The position numbers were made by a program, and so were the translations under genes. Of a stretch of DNA of 33,854 nucleotides, positions 24,088 through 31,685 are shown one piece after another. The notes under the pieces were generated by a model. It saw only the letters and a program-made list of their open reading frames with translations. It had not been told where the DNA came from and made no database searches. Position 1 is the first letter of the stretch. Every line of letters starts with the position of its first letter. This stretch comes from Thiotrichaceae bacterium (lineage in GTDB: Bacteria; Pseudomonadota; Gammaproteobacteria; Thiotrichales; Thiotrichaceae): assembly GCA_027030285.1 (NCBI GenBank), contig JALVFC010000169.1:1-33854 (forward strand), read 5' to 3'.

Positions 24088-24684
24088 ATGAGTAACAAAA
24101 ATGACAAATCCATTTGGGAACAACGTTATCAAGAAGGCACAACAGGCTGGGATCGTGGCAAGGCAAGCCCAAATTTATCTACCTGGCTGGAGCAGGGCGA
24201 CCTGCAACCCTGCCGGATACTCATCCCCGGTTGTGGCAATGGCTATGAAATACTGGAACTGGCAAGCCGTGGATTCGAAGTCGTTGCAGTAGATATTGCA
24301 GCTTCTCCCATTCGCAATGCAAAAAAGATGCTCCAGGCAAACCACCTGCAAGCTGAACTCATAGAAAGTGACCTGTTTGCCCTGGATTTTCGCAATACCC
24401 CTTTTGATGCAATTTACGAGCAAACATGCCTTTGTGCACTTGAGCCCACAGACTGGCAGGCTTACGAACAGTGGCTCTATGACTCATTGAAAGAAAAAGG
24501 AAAACTTTACGCACATTTTCTGCAGAATGGCAGAGAAGGCGGGCCTCCTTATCATTGCGATATGACAGCCATGAAAGACCTATTCGACAAAACCCGCTGG
24601 ACATGGGAAAAGGCACTCAAACCAACCCCCATGAGTACATTAACCAATGCACAGGAAAGCCCCTTTTTGCTAATAAGACAATAA
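24088..24684 (+). CDS. SAM-dependent methyltransferase, thiopurine/halide-thiol methyltransferase (TPMT) family
   Basis: 198 aa. N-terminal W-x2-RY-x-EG-x2-GWD and the SAM motif ILIPGCGNGYE...G..VVAVDI fit the TPMT-family pattern as I remember it. Confidence 0.65.
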   Translation: MSNKNDKSIWEQRYQEGTTGWDRGKASPNLSTWLEQGDLQPCRILIPGCGNGYEILELASRGFEVVAVDIAASPIRNAKKMLQANHLQAELIESDLFALDFRNTPFDAIYEQTCLCALEPTDWQAYEQWLYDSLKEKGKLYAHFLQNGREGGPPYHCDMTAMKDLFDKTRWTWEKALKPTPMSTLTNAQESPFLLIRQ

Positions 24685-24698
24685 CCGTATAAAAAGCT

Positions 24699-26822
24699 AT
24701 GTCTCACTTCAAAGCCCCAGGCAACCCGCAGCCACCGCAGGCTGAAAAACACCCACACCAACAGGAACATCATGGTTTCAAGACCATAGACAACTACCAC
24801 TGGCTACGCGCAGACAACTGGCAACAAGCCATGCGTGAACCAGATAAACTGCCCACAGCCATCAAAAACTACCTGCAAGCAGAAAATGACTATTTCAAAG
24901 CCTGCATGAAAGATACCGAAACGCTACAAAAACAGCTTATTGCAGAAATGCGCGCCCGCATCAAGGAAGACGACACCAGCGTACCAGAAAAACACGGCGA
25001 CTATGCCTACCAAACCCGCTATACAGAAGGTGCAGAGCACCCCGTTTATATCCGCACAGCCAGAGAAGCAGGCGATGATGCAGACGAAGAAGTCTTACTG
25101 GATGTCAATGAAGAAGCACAACACGAAGACTATTTCGAACTGGGGCAAGTTACCGTAAGCCCACAACATAACATGCTGGCATGGAGTTCTGACACCAATG
25201 GCGCAGAATATTTCACTCTGAAAATACGCGACCTCGACACGGGGGATGACCTGCCATACGTCATCAACGATGTCGGCTCAGTGGCATGGATCAACGAATC
25301 CAGCTTGCTGTATACCAAAGTGGACAAGCACCACCGACCCAATAAAGTCTATCGTCACCAACTGGCAAACGATGCTGAAGATGAACTCATCATGGAAGAA
25401 ACGGACACCCGTTTTTATATGGCAGTCGGCCGCTTACTAAGCGGAGAATATGTCGCCATCCGGATAGCCATGAATGATCAGAATGAAACCTGGGTACTGC
25501 CAACCCAGCAGCCCGATGCGACACCACAACTGATACAAGCCCGCCAGGAAGGACTGGAATACGATATCGAGCAACAAGGCGAGCAATTTATCATACTTAC
25601 CAACGCCGATGGTGCTGAAGACTTTAAAATCGTCACCGCACCCGTAGCAGCCCCACAAAAAGCCAACTGGAAAGACATAGTCCCACATCAACAAGGGCGG
25701 ATGATTATCGACCTCGAAGTGTATCAGGACTGGCTCATCTGGATGGAAAGAGAAAATGCCCTGCCAGCCATAAAAATCCGTCATATCAACGACAAACCCG
25801 GCAATGAAAAAAGCATCCAGTTTACCGAAGAAGCCTACTCACTGGGCATCCATCCCTCACGGGAATACCACAGCAACAGCCTGCGTTTCAGCTACTCATC
25901 ACCAACCACCCCAACCCAGATTTATGACTACGATCTGCAAAATGACCAGCGCGAATTACGCAAGCAAACCGAAATACCATCTGGTCATAACCCACACGAC
26001 TACATAACACGACGACTAACCGCCATCAGCCACGATGGTGCAGAAGTCCCCATAACCATATTGTACCACCAGTCAACCCCAATAGACGGCACAGCACCCT
26101 GCCTGCTCTACGGCTACGGCTCCTATGGCTCATCCATCCCTGCCGCATTCTCCAGCAACCGACTATCACTGGTAGACCGAGGCTTTATCTACGCCATCGC
26201 GCACGTCAGAGGCGGACAGGAAAAAGGTCGGGCCTGGTATGAAGCAGCCAAAAAAGCAGGCAAACCCAATACCTTCAACGACTTTATCGCCGTAGCAGAA
26301 CACCTCATACAAAACAACTACACACAGCCAGACAAAATAGTCTGCCAAGGTGGTTCAGCCGGAGGTCTACTCATTGGCGCAGTCATAAACATGCGCCCAG
26401 ACCTGTTCGCTGGAGCCATTGCCGATGTCCCCTTTGTAGACATGCTCAACACAATACTCGATGACAGCCTGCCACTCACCCCCGGGGAATGGTCACAATG
26501 GGGCAACCCGATCGAAAGCAAACAAGCCTATGAATGGATCGCCAGCTACTCACCCTACGACAACGTCAGCGCACAGGCATACCCCGCCATACTGGTCACC
26601 GCAGGCGTATCCGACCCCAGAGTCACCTACTGGGAACCCGCCAAATGGGTCGCCAAACTGCGTGAACTAAAAACAGATGACAACATACTACTACTAAAAA
26701 CCAACATGACCTCAGGGCACTTCGGCACCTCAGGACGATTCGCCATGCTGGAAGATGTCGCAGAAGCATATACTTTTGCCCTGCACGCAACAGACAACCA
26801 ACCCAAAGGAGAAAGCGAGTAG
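24699..26822 (+). CDS. ptrB: Oligopeptidase B / protease II (S9A prolyl-oligopeptidase family serine peptidase)
   Basis: 707 aa. N-terminal HG-x4-DNYHWLRAD, nucleophile motif GGSAGGLL, DPRV..WEPAKWVAKLR and a GHFG His region are present. Size and order match oligopeptidase B. Confidence 0.85.
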   Translation: MSHFKAPGNPQPPQAEKHPHQQEHHGFKTIDNYHWLRADNWQQAMREPDKLPTAIKNYLQAENDYFKACMKDTETLQKQLIAEMRARIKEDDTSVPEKHGDYAYQTRYTEGAEHPVYIRTAREAGDDADEEVLLDVNEEAQHEDYFELGQVTVSPQHNMLAWSSDTNGAEYFTLKIRDLDTGDDLPYVINDVGSVAWINESSLLYTKVDKHHRPNKVYRHQLANDAEDELIMEETDTRFYMAVGRLLSGEYVAIRIAMNDQNETWVLPTQQPDATPQLIQARQEGLEYDIEQQGEQFIILTNADGAEDFKIVTAPVAAPQKANWKDIVPHQQGRMIIDLEVYQDWLIWMERENALPAIKIRHINDKPGNEKSIQFTEEAYSLGIHPSREYHSNSLRFSYSSPTTPTQIYDYDLQNDQRELRKQTEIPSGHNPHDYITRRLTAISHDGAEVPITILYHQSTPIDGTAPCLLYGYGSYGSSIPAAFSSNRLSLVDRGFIYAIAHVRGGQEKGRAWYEAAKKAGKPNTFNDFIAVAEHLIQNNYTQPDKIVCQGGSAGGLLIGAVINMRPDLFAGAIADVPFVDMLNTILDDSLPLTPGEWSQWGNPIESKQAYEWIASYSPYDNVSAQAYPAILVTAGVSDPRVTYWEPAKWVAKLRELKTDDNILLLKTNMTSGHFGTSGRFAMLEDVAEAYTFALHATDNQPKGESE

Positions 26823-26906
26823 GTCGGGTAAGGAACGCCACCCGACAAAAAAACAAAATGCCACAGAAACTAATCACCAACTAACCCAAACACAACGGAA
26901 CCAACC

Positions 26907-27311
26907 ATGACACAACAACCAGAAACCATCGCCAAACAATGGCTGGAAGCATCCGCCCAAACAGCAACCAGCAAACAATTTGAAGAACACTTCAACCTGA
27001 TCTCAAAACGGGTACAGGTAAAAGGCGTACCAGGATTCGAAAGCATCAGCTACAACGACTGGGCACGACAATGCGAGCAAGAATTCAAGGAAAATGTACT
27101 CGAGCGAGTCAGCTATGAAGGCTTACTCATCACCGCTTACAATGACAAACAAATCATGTTCAAAACACTAGAATCCGTATTCGCCACAGACGGCACCAAA
27201 AAAACACATGGCGTAGAAATAGTACTGGAAAAAGAACAGGACGGCGTATGGCGAGTCATCCAGGAGCGCATCATGCCCGACGATGAAAGCCGACATGCAG
27301 GGCTACTATAA
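26907..27311 (+). CDS. Small hypothetical protein, probably NTF2-like/SnoaL-like fold
   Basis: 134 aa, soluble. The pattern (A..W...........F..........G.......W.......F......V.Y.......DGVWRV) resembles NTF2-like/DUF4440 proteins. Weak, pattern-only call. Confidence 0.4.
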   Translation: MTQQPETIAKQWLEASAQTATSKQFEEHFNLISKRVQVKGVPGFESISYNDWARQCEQEFKENVLERVSYEGLLITAYNDKQIMFKTLESVFATDGTKKTHGVEIVLEKEQDGVWRVIQERIMPDDESRHAGLL

Positions 27312-27336
27312 AAAGAGAAGAAGGGGTATGATAAAT

Positions 27337-27468
27337 CTACATAAAAAACAACTTATTAGGAGGGATTCTCACTCCATCCGTCCCCTGTTTCAGAATATTC
27401 GCATAGATCTCAGTCGTCTTAACATCCGCATGCCCTAACTGCTACTGAGCCGTACGGATATCCCCCCC
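27337..27468 (-). pseudogene. Remnant of an integron-integrase-like tyrosine recombinase (C-terminal ~40 codons only, with an in-frame TAG)
   Basis: The minus-strand frame reads GGDIRTAQ*QLGHADVKTTEIYANILKQGTDGVRIPPNKLFFM*. This matches recombinase box II with the catalytic Tyr and an IntI-type tail (..HVL..G..GV.SP..). Similarity is lost upstream of a C8 run at 27462-27469. No upstream ORF. Confidence 0.7.
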
Positions 27469-27585
27469 CGCTGTGCGGATCCATCGACAGCTGATGTGAC
27501 CTGAAATGTTATTTAGGGCACTTATGATGGTTAGCTGCCTTCTTTTTTGTGAAAAATTTGGGCAACTATTCGAATAGGGCTCGGT

Positions 27586-27714
27586 ATCTAGGAGGCTGTC
27601 CGAGAGCTAAGTTTTTCAAAATTTCAATCAATATATAGTAGTTTAAGTTATCAAAAGAGCGCTATATGTTGTTTATTTGTTTTTAAAAGCTAGTCATCAG
27701 ACAGCCTCCTAGAT
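27586..27714. repeat. Perfect 15-bp inverted repeat pair flanking a 99-bp AT-rich core
   Basis: atctaggaggctgtc (27586-27600) and gacagcctcctagat (27700-27714) are exact reverse complements. No ORF lies inside and no obvious target-site duplication is present. Confidence 0.6.
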
Positions 27715-27830
27715 AAGGAGTCAGGATTGGAGTTTCCTTTTTAGCTACAAGTTTGAAAAGGTAGAATCATTCAAGTGACTTCTTAAAGAAGTCTGGGCAA
27801 ATCAGCATGACGACTAAAATATAACCAATA

Positions 27831-27898
27831 TTATTTTTGGGCTAAACAGACCAAAAATAACTTGATTCTGGTTCTTTTTGGGTTTACTATCCCAAAAA
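27831..27898. promoter_or_regulatory. Two related palindromic operator-like sites (TTTTTGG-N-CCAAAAA) flanking or overlapping the putative promoter of the HTH gene
   Basis: Site 1 is ttatttttgg-N10-ccaaaaataa (27831-27860). Site 2 is tttttggg-N8-cccaaaaa (27875-27898). Both share the half-site TTTTTGG. Confidence 0.4.
27862..27890 (+). promoter_or_regulatory. Candidate sigma70-type promoter (TTGATT-N17-TACTAT)
   Basis: -35 ttgatt at 27862-27867, a 17-nt spacer, -10 tactat at 27885-27890. The ATG at 27899 lies 9 nt past the -10 with no Shine-Dalgarno, which suggests a leaderless or near-leaderless mRNA. Confidence 0.4.
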
Positions 27899-28717
27899 AT
27901 GAAAACGTCGCTTTCAAATGCTATCTACTCTGTACTAAAGCCGCTTATCTCACTGATGAGTCGGGAGTGTATTGCTTTTGGTGATTTTTCCAGTTTGGCA
28001 AAACAAGCGTTTATTCATGTGACAGAGCAGGAGTTACTAGCTTCGGGGCAAAAAGCAACGACTTCTCGTATCGCCATTATTACAGGGCTGACGCGCAAGG
28101 AAGTAGCAGCACTACGCAAGCAAAAGGTCCCACAACAGGAACAGGATTTCCATCAGAACCGTGCCGTCCGGGTGATTAGTGGCTGGATGGGAGATGATGA
28201 TTTTCGGGATACCCGGGGGGAGCCTAAACCACTCGTCCTGCAAGGTAAAACTGATAGCTTTGAGGCATTGGTTGCCCGGCATAGCGGGGATATTCCCTAT
28301 CGGGCCATGATCAATGAGCTAATACGCATTGGTGCCGCAGAGTTGCTGGAAGATGGCAGGGTTGCACTGGTACGGGCGGTTTATATTCCGTCTGGTACCG
28401 AGTCAGGAAAGTATGACTTGCTGGGCGAGGATGTTGCATTGTTAATTGAGACGATTAAACACAATATCCAGCACCCGGATGACCCGCGCTACCAGCGCAA
28501 GGTTTGTTACGACAAGGTTCCCCGGAAATATGTCGAGGCATTCAAAACGTTTGCCAACAGGGAAAACCAGGCGCTGATTATGAAGCTGAATGCCTGGCTG
28601 GCAGCACATGATATGGACAAGCAGTCAGATATTGAGGGTGAGCATCCCACCCGGCTGGGTGTGGGCGTGTACTATTTTGAAGGTAGCCGCAAGATGGATG
28701 AAACGGATAACGGATAA
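27899..28717 (+). CDS. Hypothetical protein with an N-terminal helix-turn-helix-like segment (possibly the family annotated DUF6502; from memory, unverified)
   Basis: 272 aa from the ATG at 27899. The track's 27878 TTG start is less likely. HTH-like segment TSRIAIITGLTRKEVAALRK. No TM segments. A 6-nt gap separates it from the next gene. Confidence 0.6.
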   Translation: MKTSLSNAIYSVLKPLISLMSRECIAFGDFSSLAKQAFIHVTEQELLASGQKATTSRIAIITGLTRKEVAALRKQKVPQQEQDFHQNRAVRVISGWMGDDDFRDTRGEPKPLVLQGKTDSFEALVARHSGDIPYRAMINELIRIGAAELLEDGRVALVRAVYIPSGTESGKYDLLGEDVALLIETIKHNIQHPDDPRYQRKVCYDKVPRKYVEAFKTFANRENQALIMKLNAWLAAHDMDKQSDIEGEHPTRLGVGVYYFEGSRKMDETDNG

Positions 28718-28723
28718 GGAAAC

Positions 28724-29980
28724 ATGAAGAAATACCTGAACAAGCAAATCATTCTGGTTGCGGCTGCACTACAGCTTATTGTGTTGCTGCTTACTGTACT
28801 GCTGCTGTTATCCGCCTGTAACAATTCCAGTGTTACCGTGGCTAATGGGGGTGTTACTGGAACAGGCATCACTATGGGGCGTATTACCAATTTTGGCAGC
28901 GTATTCGTGAACGGTGTGCGTTTTGATGTGGATGGTGCCGAGTTTTTGCGGAACGATCAGCCCGCCACACAGGGACAAGCTGATTTTAGTGTGGGTGAGT
29001 TTGTTGTCATTAAAGGCAGTATCGGAGCGGATAGCAGTGAAGGTGTTGCCATACAGGTGGCTTATAGCGATGCACTGAATGGTGAGATCACACGCGCCAG
29101 TACCGATGGACAGTCCCTGGAAGTATTAGGGCAACTGGTACATACCGATGCCCTAACCGTGTTTCATGGCTTTACGGATCTCACGGAGCTGGATGCCGGG
29201 AATCTGCTTGAAGTATCAGGGGTATTGGGCACTAATGGACATATTGTCGCCACGCTGATCAAAAAGGGAGCGTTACAGTTTGATTCAGGCGTGTCACGTA
29301 ACCGTCTGCGTGGGCGTATTGCCAATATTGATACAGACCAGCAACAGTTTGAGCTGGGTGGCTTGCTTATCGACTATGCGAGTGCGGATCTGCTGAATTA
29401 TGAAGGCCATGAAATTCATAATGACCAGTATATTGAGGTTGCTAGTGATACGGCTGTTACAAACTACCAACTCACCGCCTCTACAGTCAAATTCATTAAC
29501 GAAACACATGATTTATCAGATCATCACTCTGCTAATATTGAAGGGTTGGTTAACCAATTTACCTCAATCAGTAATTTTCAGGTCAATGGCTTGCTAGTGA
29601 CCACGACACCCTCAACACGCTATCAAAATGGTAACGTCAACCGTATTACGGAAAATGCCTATCTCAGGCTGACTGGCACCATCCATGAATCGGGGGTGCT
29701 GGTTGCGGACAGGATCACTTTCCAAGTCCCGCAGAATGTGATTGAGCAAGAAGGTATGGTGCAATCGGTTGATCTGGAGAACAGCGAAGTTCGCATTTTA
29801 AACCGTACGATTGTGGTTAATACATCCACACTGATGATTGATGAAAACAACCATAGTGCACTACCCTTTACTCTGGCTGACTTGCACTCCGGAGATAGGA
29901 TAAAGGTCAGCGGTATTGCCCTGAACGACGGCAAACTACTGGCTTATCGACTGGAGAAAAAAGTTTTGCACCATAACTGA
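28724..29980 (+). CDS. Lipoprotein built from five tandem ~60-65-aa beta-domain repeats (DUF5666-like pattern)
   Basis: Signal peptide with lipobox LLSAC. The five modules start GRITNFGSVFVNGVRF, GEITRASTDGQSLEVLG, GRIANIDTDQQQFELGG, GLVNQFTSISNFQVNG and GMVQSVDLENSEVRILN. Each is followed by L..G..[VL][EK]V.G. Confidence 0.7.
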   Translation: MKKYLNKQIILVAAALQLIVLLLTVLLLLSACNNSSVTVANGGVTGTGITMGRITNFGSVFVNGVRFDVDGAEFLRNDQPATQGQADFSVGEFVVIKGSIGADSSEGVAIQVAYSDALNGEITRASTDGQSLEVLGQLVHTDALTVFHGFTDLTELDAGNLLEVSGVLGTNGHIVATLIKKGALQFDSGVSRNRLRGRIANIDTDQQQFELGGLLIDYASADLLNYEGHEIHNDQYIEVASDTAVTNYQLTASTVKFINETHDLSDHHSANIEGLVNQFTSISNFQVNGLLVTTTPSTRYQNGNVNRITENAYLRLTGTIHESGVLVADRITFQVPQNVIEQEGMVQSVDLENSEVRILNRTIVVNTSTLMIDENNHSALPFTLADLHSGDRIKVSGIALNDGKLLAYRLEKKVLHHN

Positions 29981-30022
29981 CTTCAATACAGGGCGTAGAT
30001 TTAGGGGCTTTAGGGGCTGAAG

Positions 30023-30081
30023 TGACCCGATGCGGCAACATCGGGTCAGCAAACTGCTTACCGGACAGGTAAACAACTTGG
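30023..30081 (+). repeat. Intergenic hairpin-plus-box motif, copy 1
   Basis: 10-bp stem tgacccgatg / catcgggtca with loop cggcaa (30023-30048). After a 20-nt spacer comes the box caggtaaacaacttgg (30066-30081). Confidence 0.6.
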
Positions 30082-30214
30082 CATGTGCAGTATAACACTT
30101 TTTCAATCCTTTAAATGAGATCATTAACCGGCGTTATAACAGGAGGTACACATACAGACACAGATCAGATACAGATAATTATACATGAACAGGGTACACA
30201 CCCGAATAGAAAAC

Positions 30215-30250
30215 CCCGGTGCGGCAACATCGGGCAGATAAACAATTTGG
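30215..30250 (+). repeat. Intergenic hairpin-plus-box motif, copy 2 (just upstream of the propeller gene RBS)
   Basis: Stem cccggtg / catcggg (one G-U pair) with the same loop cggcaa. tgcggcaacatcggg (30220-30234) is 15/15 identical to 30031-30045. The box cagataaacaatttgg (30235-30250) is 14/16 identical to copy 1. Confidence 0.6.
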
Positions 30251-30270
30251 TAATTTTTAGGAAACAAATC

Positions 30271-31599
30271 ATGACATTGAATACATTACTCAAGTCTCTG
30301 ACGCTGGCAGGGATATTGGCAACACTGACCGCTTGTGGCGGTTCATCCAGCAATACATCGACACCCACCGGGAAGCTAACCACCTTTTACGGTGATATCA
30401 CAAACCAGCGTATTGTTGGTATTGATGTGGAAAGCATGACACTGACCAGTGACACCCCCACGAATGGCCTAAAGCCATATACAGTAGGCCGGGCAGATGG
30501 TCGCAATGGTACGCTTAACAAGCTATACGGGGTGACTCGCAATTCACCCTGGCTGGAAATCATTGATATGACCACGCGCGAAATTACTGGCACTATCCAA
30601 CTGCAACATACACCGCGTTCCTGCGCCTATAATGAAATTCTGGGGTTGCAACTGGTGAGTGGTGTGGATAAACCCATGGCTTCCCTGATTGATCCACAAA
30701 CTGATGAAGTGGTTGCCACAGTGGGTAGAAACACACTGGTTACACCGACAGATTTCGGTGGTTCTAATGCAACCGGACACCCTGTCTGGCTGACCGCTGA
30801 TATCTTCGCCATACTGGATCGGGAAGTTCGCAAGATAGATTTGTACAGGGTATCTCAGGTTAATGGTGTCTGGGAGGCTAACTTCCTCAGTTCACTGGAT
30901 ACGCCAACCTCTGCTCATCACTTTATTGGTAAAGGCTTTGATGGTATGGATACCGGTATTTCACTGACAGACACGCCAACAGATACATTCTATGTGGTAG
31001 CAGAAGGCTCCCCTGCCGACAATATTCCGCCTGCTATTCTGGAGTTAAAACTGGCCAATGATCAACTGACCATCAACCGTTCTGTCAGTTTTGATCATGC
31101 TGCTACCCAGGCAGCTCACGATGATCCTAATTTTGATCCAGCCGCAGAAACAGATGTAGCGACAGGTGGGCATCATGCCACCCTTCATCCCAATGGCAGG
31201 GACATATATGTAGGATCCAGAATAGGTGAAATGTTAATTGTAAATACCCAAACCATGCAAATTGCCCATGCCATACCAACAGGGGAAGGTAGTGGCCATA
31301 CAACCTTTGTGCCGCAACGTAATCTGGCGATTGTTACTAATCATAATGCACCGTTTATTTCGGTTATTAACACGACAACAGGGCACAAGATTAAAGATAT
31401 AACTATCAGTGGTCCTTCCATGAATAATGTCATCATGCAATCACATACCAGTTTCACCGATGCCAATGGTGACTTCTTTTATGCCTTTGCTTCAAACAAT
31501 GGCATCTTTTACGAGGTGGATCTGTCGACGTTGAGTGTATCTCGTACTCTGGATACGGGAGGTACTCCGGTACAGGGCTGCTTTACTTACTTGCAATAA
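30271..31599 (+). CDS. Beta-propeller lipoprotein (YVTN / cd1-like repeat pattern)
   Basis: 442 aa from the ATG at 30271, with Shine-Dalgarno aggaaa 7 nt upstream. Signal peptide plus lipobox LTAC-GGSSS. Repeated hP.G..iYV......l.Vi...T...i..I strands, e.g. LHPNGRDIYVGSRIGEMLIVNTQTMQIAHAIP. The 52-codon upstream extension in the track has no support. Confidence 0.7.
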   Translation: MTLNTLLKSLTLAGILATLTACGGSSSNTSTPTGKLTTFYGDITNQRIVGIDVESMTLTSDTPTNGLKPYTVGRADGRNGTLNKLYGVTRNSPWLEIIDMTTREITGTIQLQHTPRSCAYNEILGLQLVSGVDKPMASLIDPQTDEVVATVGRNTLVTPTDFGGSNATGHPVWLTADIFAILDREVRKIDLYRVSQVNGVWEANFLSSLDTPTSAHHFIGKGFDGMDTGISLTDTPTDTFYVVAEGSPADNIPPAILELKLANDQLTINRSVSFDHAATQAAHDDPNFDPAAETDVATGGHHATLHPNGRDIYVGSRIGEMLIVNTQTMQIAHAIPTGEGSGHTTFVPQRNLAIVTNHNAPFISVINTTTGHKIKDITISGPSMNNVIMQSHTSFTDANGDFFYAFASNNGIFYEVDLSTLSVSRTLDTGGTPVQGCFTYLQ

Positions 31600-31614
31600 G
31601 AAGAAGCTAGGGCT

Positions 31615-31645
31615 GGAACCCTGTCAGCGTATTTGACAGGGTTTC
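31615..31645 (+). terminator. Weak terminator/attenuator hairpin after the propeller gene
   Basis: Stem ggaaccctgtc / gacagggtttc (9 perfect bp, extended by a G-U pair and a G-C pair) with a 9-nt loop. It is followed by only a short T stretch. Confidence 0.35.
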
Positions 31646-31685
31646 AGGTATAAGCCACCGGTAAAGATTGGCGGGTTTATTTTAT

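Noticed and set aside
26823-26846. Hairpin gtcgggt-N10-acccgac right after the ptrB stop, as a terminator.
   Set aside because: It is followed by an A-run rather than a U-tract on the + strand and has only a 7-bp stem with a 10-nt loop. It is not a canonical intrinsic terminator.
30220-30250. Reading GGCAAC ... RTAAAC as an ECF-type -35/-10 promoter.
   Set aside because: No CGT-type -10 lies at 16-17 nt. Copy 1 has a 20-nt insert that breaks any fixed spacing. At the sigma gene the motif is too close to the ATG to act as a promoter.
30115-30270. 52-codon upstream extension of the propeller ORF (MRSLTGVITGG...).
   Set aside because: The extension covers the repeated hairpin element and has no Shine-Dalgarno. 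The ATG at 30271 has an AGGAAA RBS and starts a canonical lipoprotein signal peptide (LTAC).
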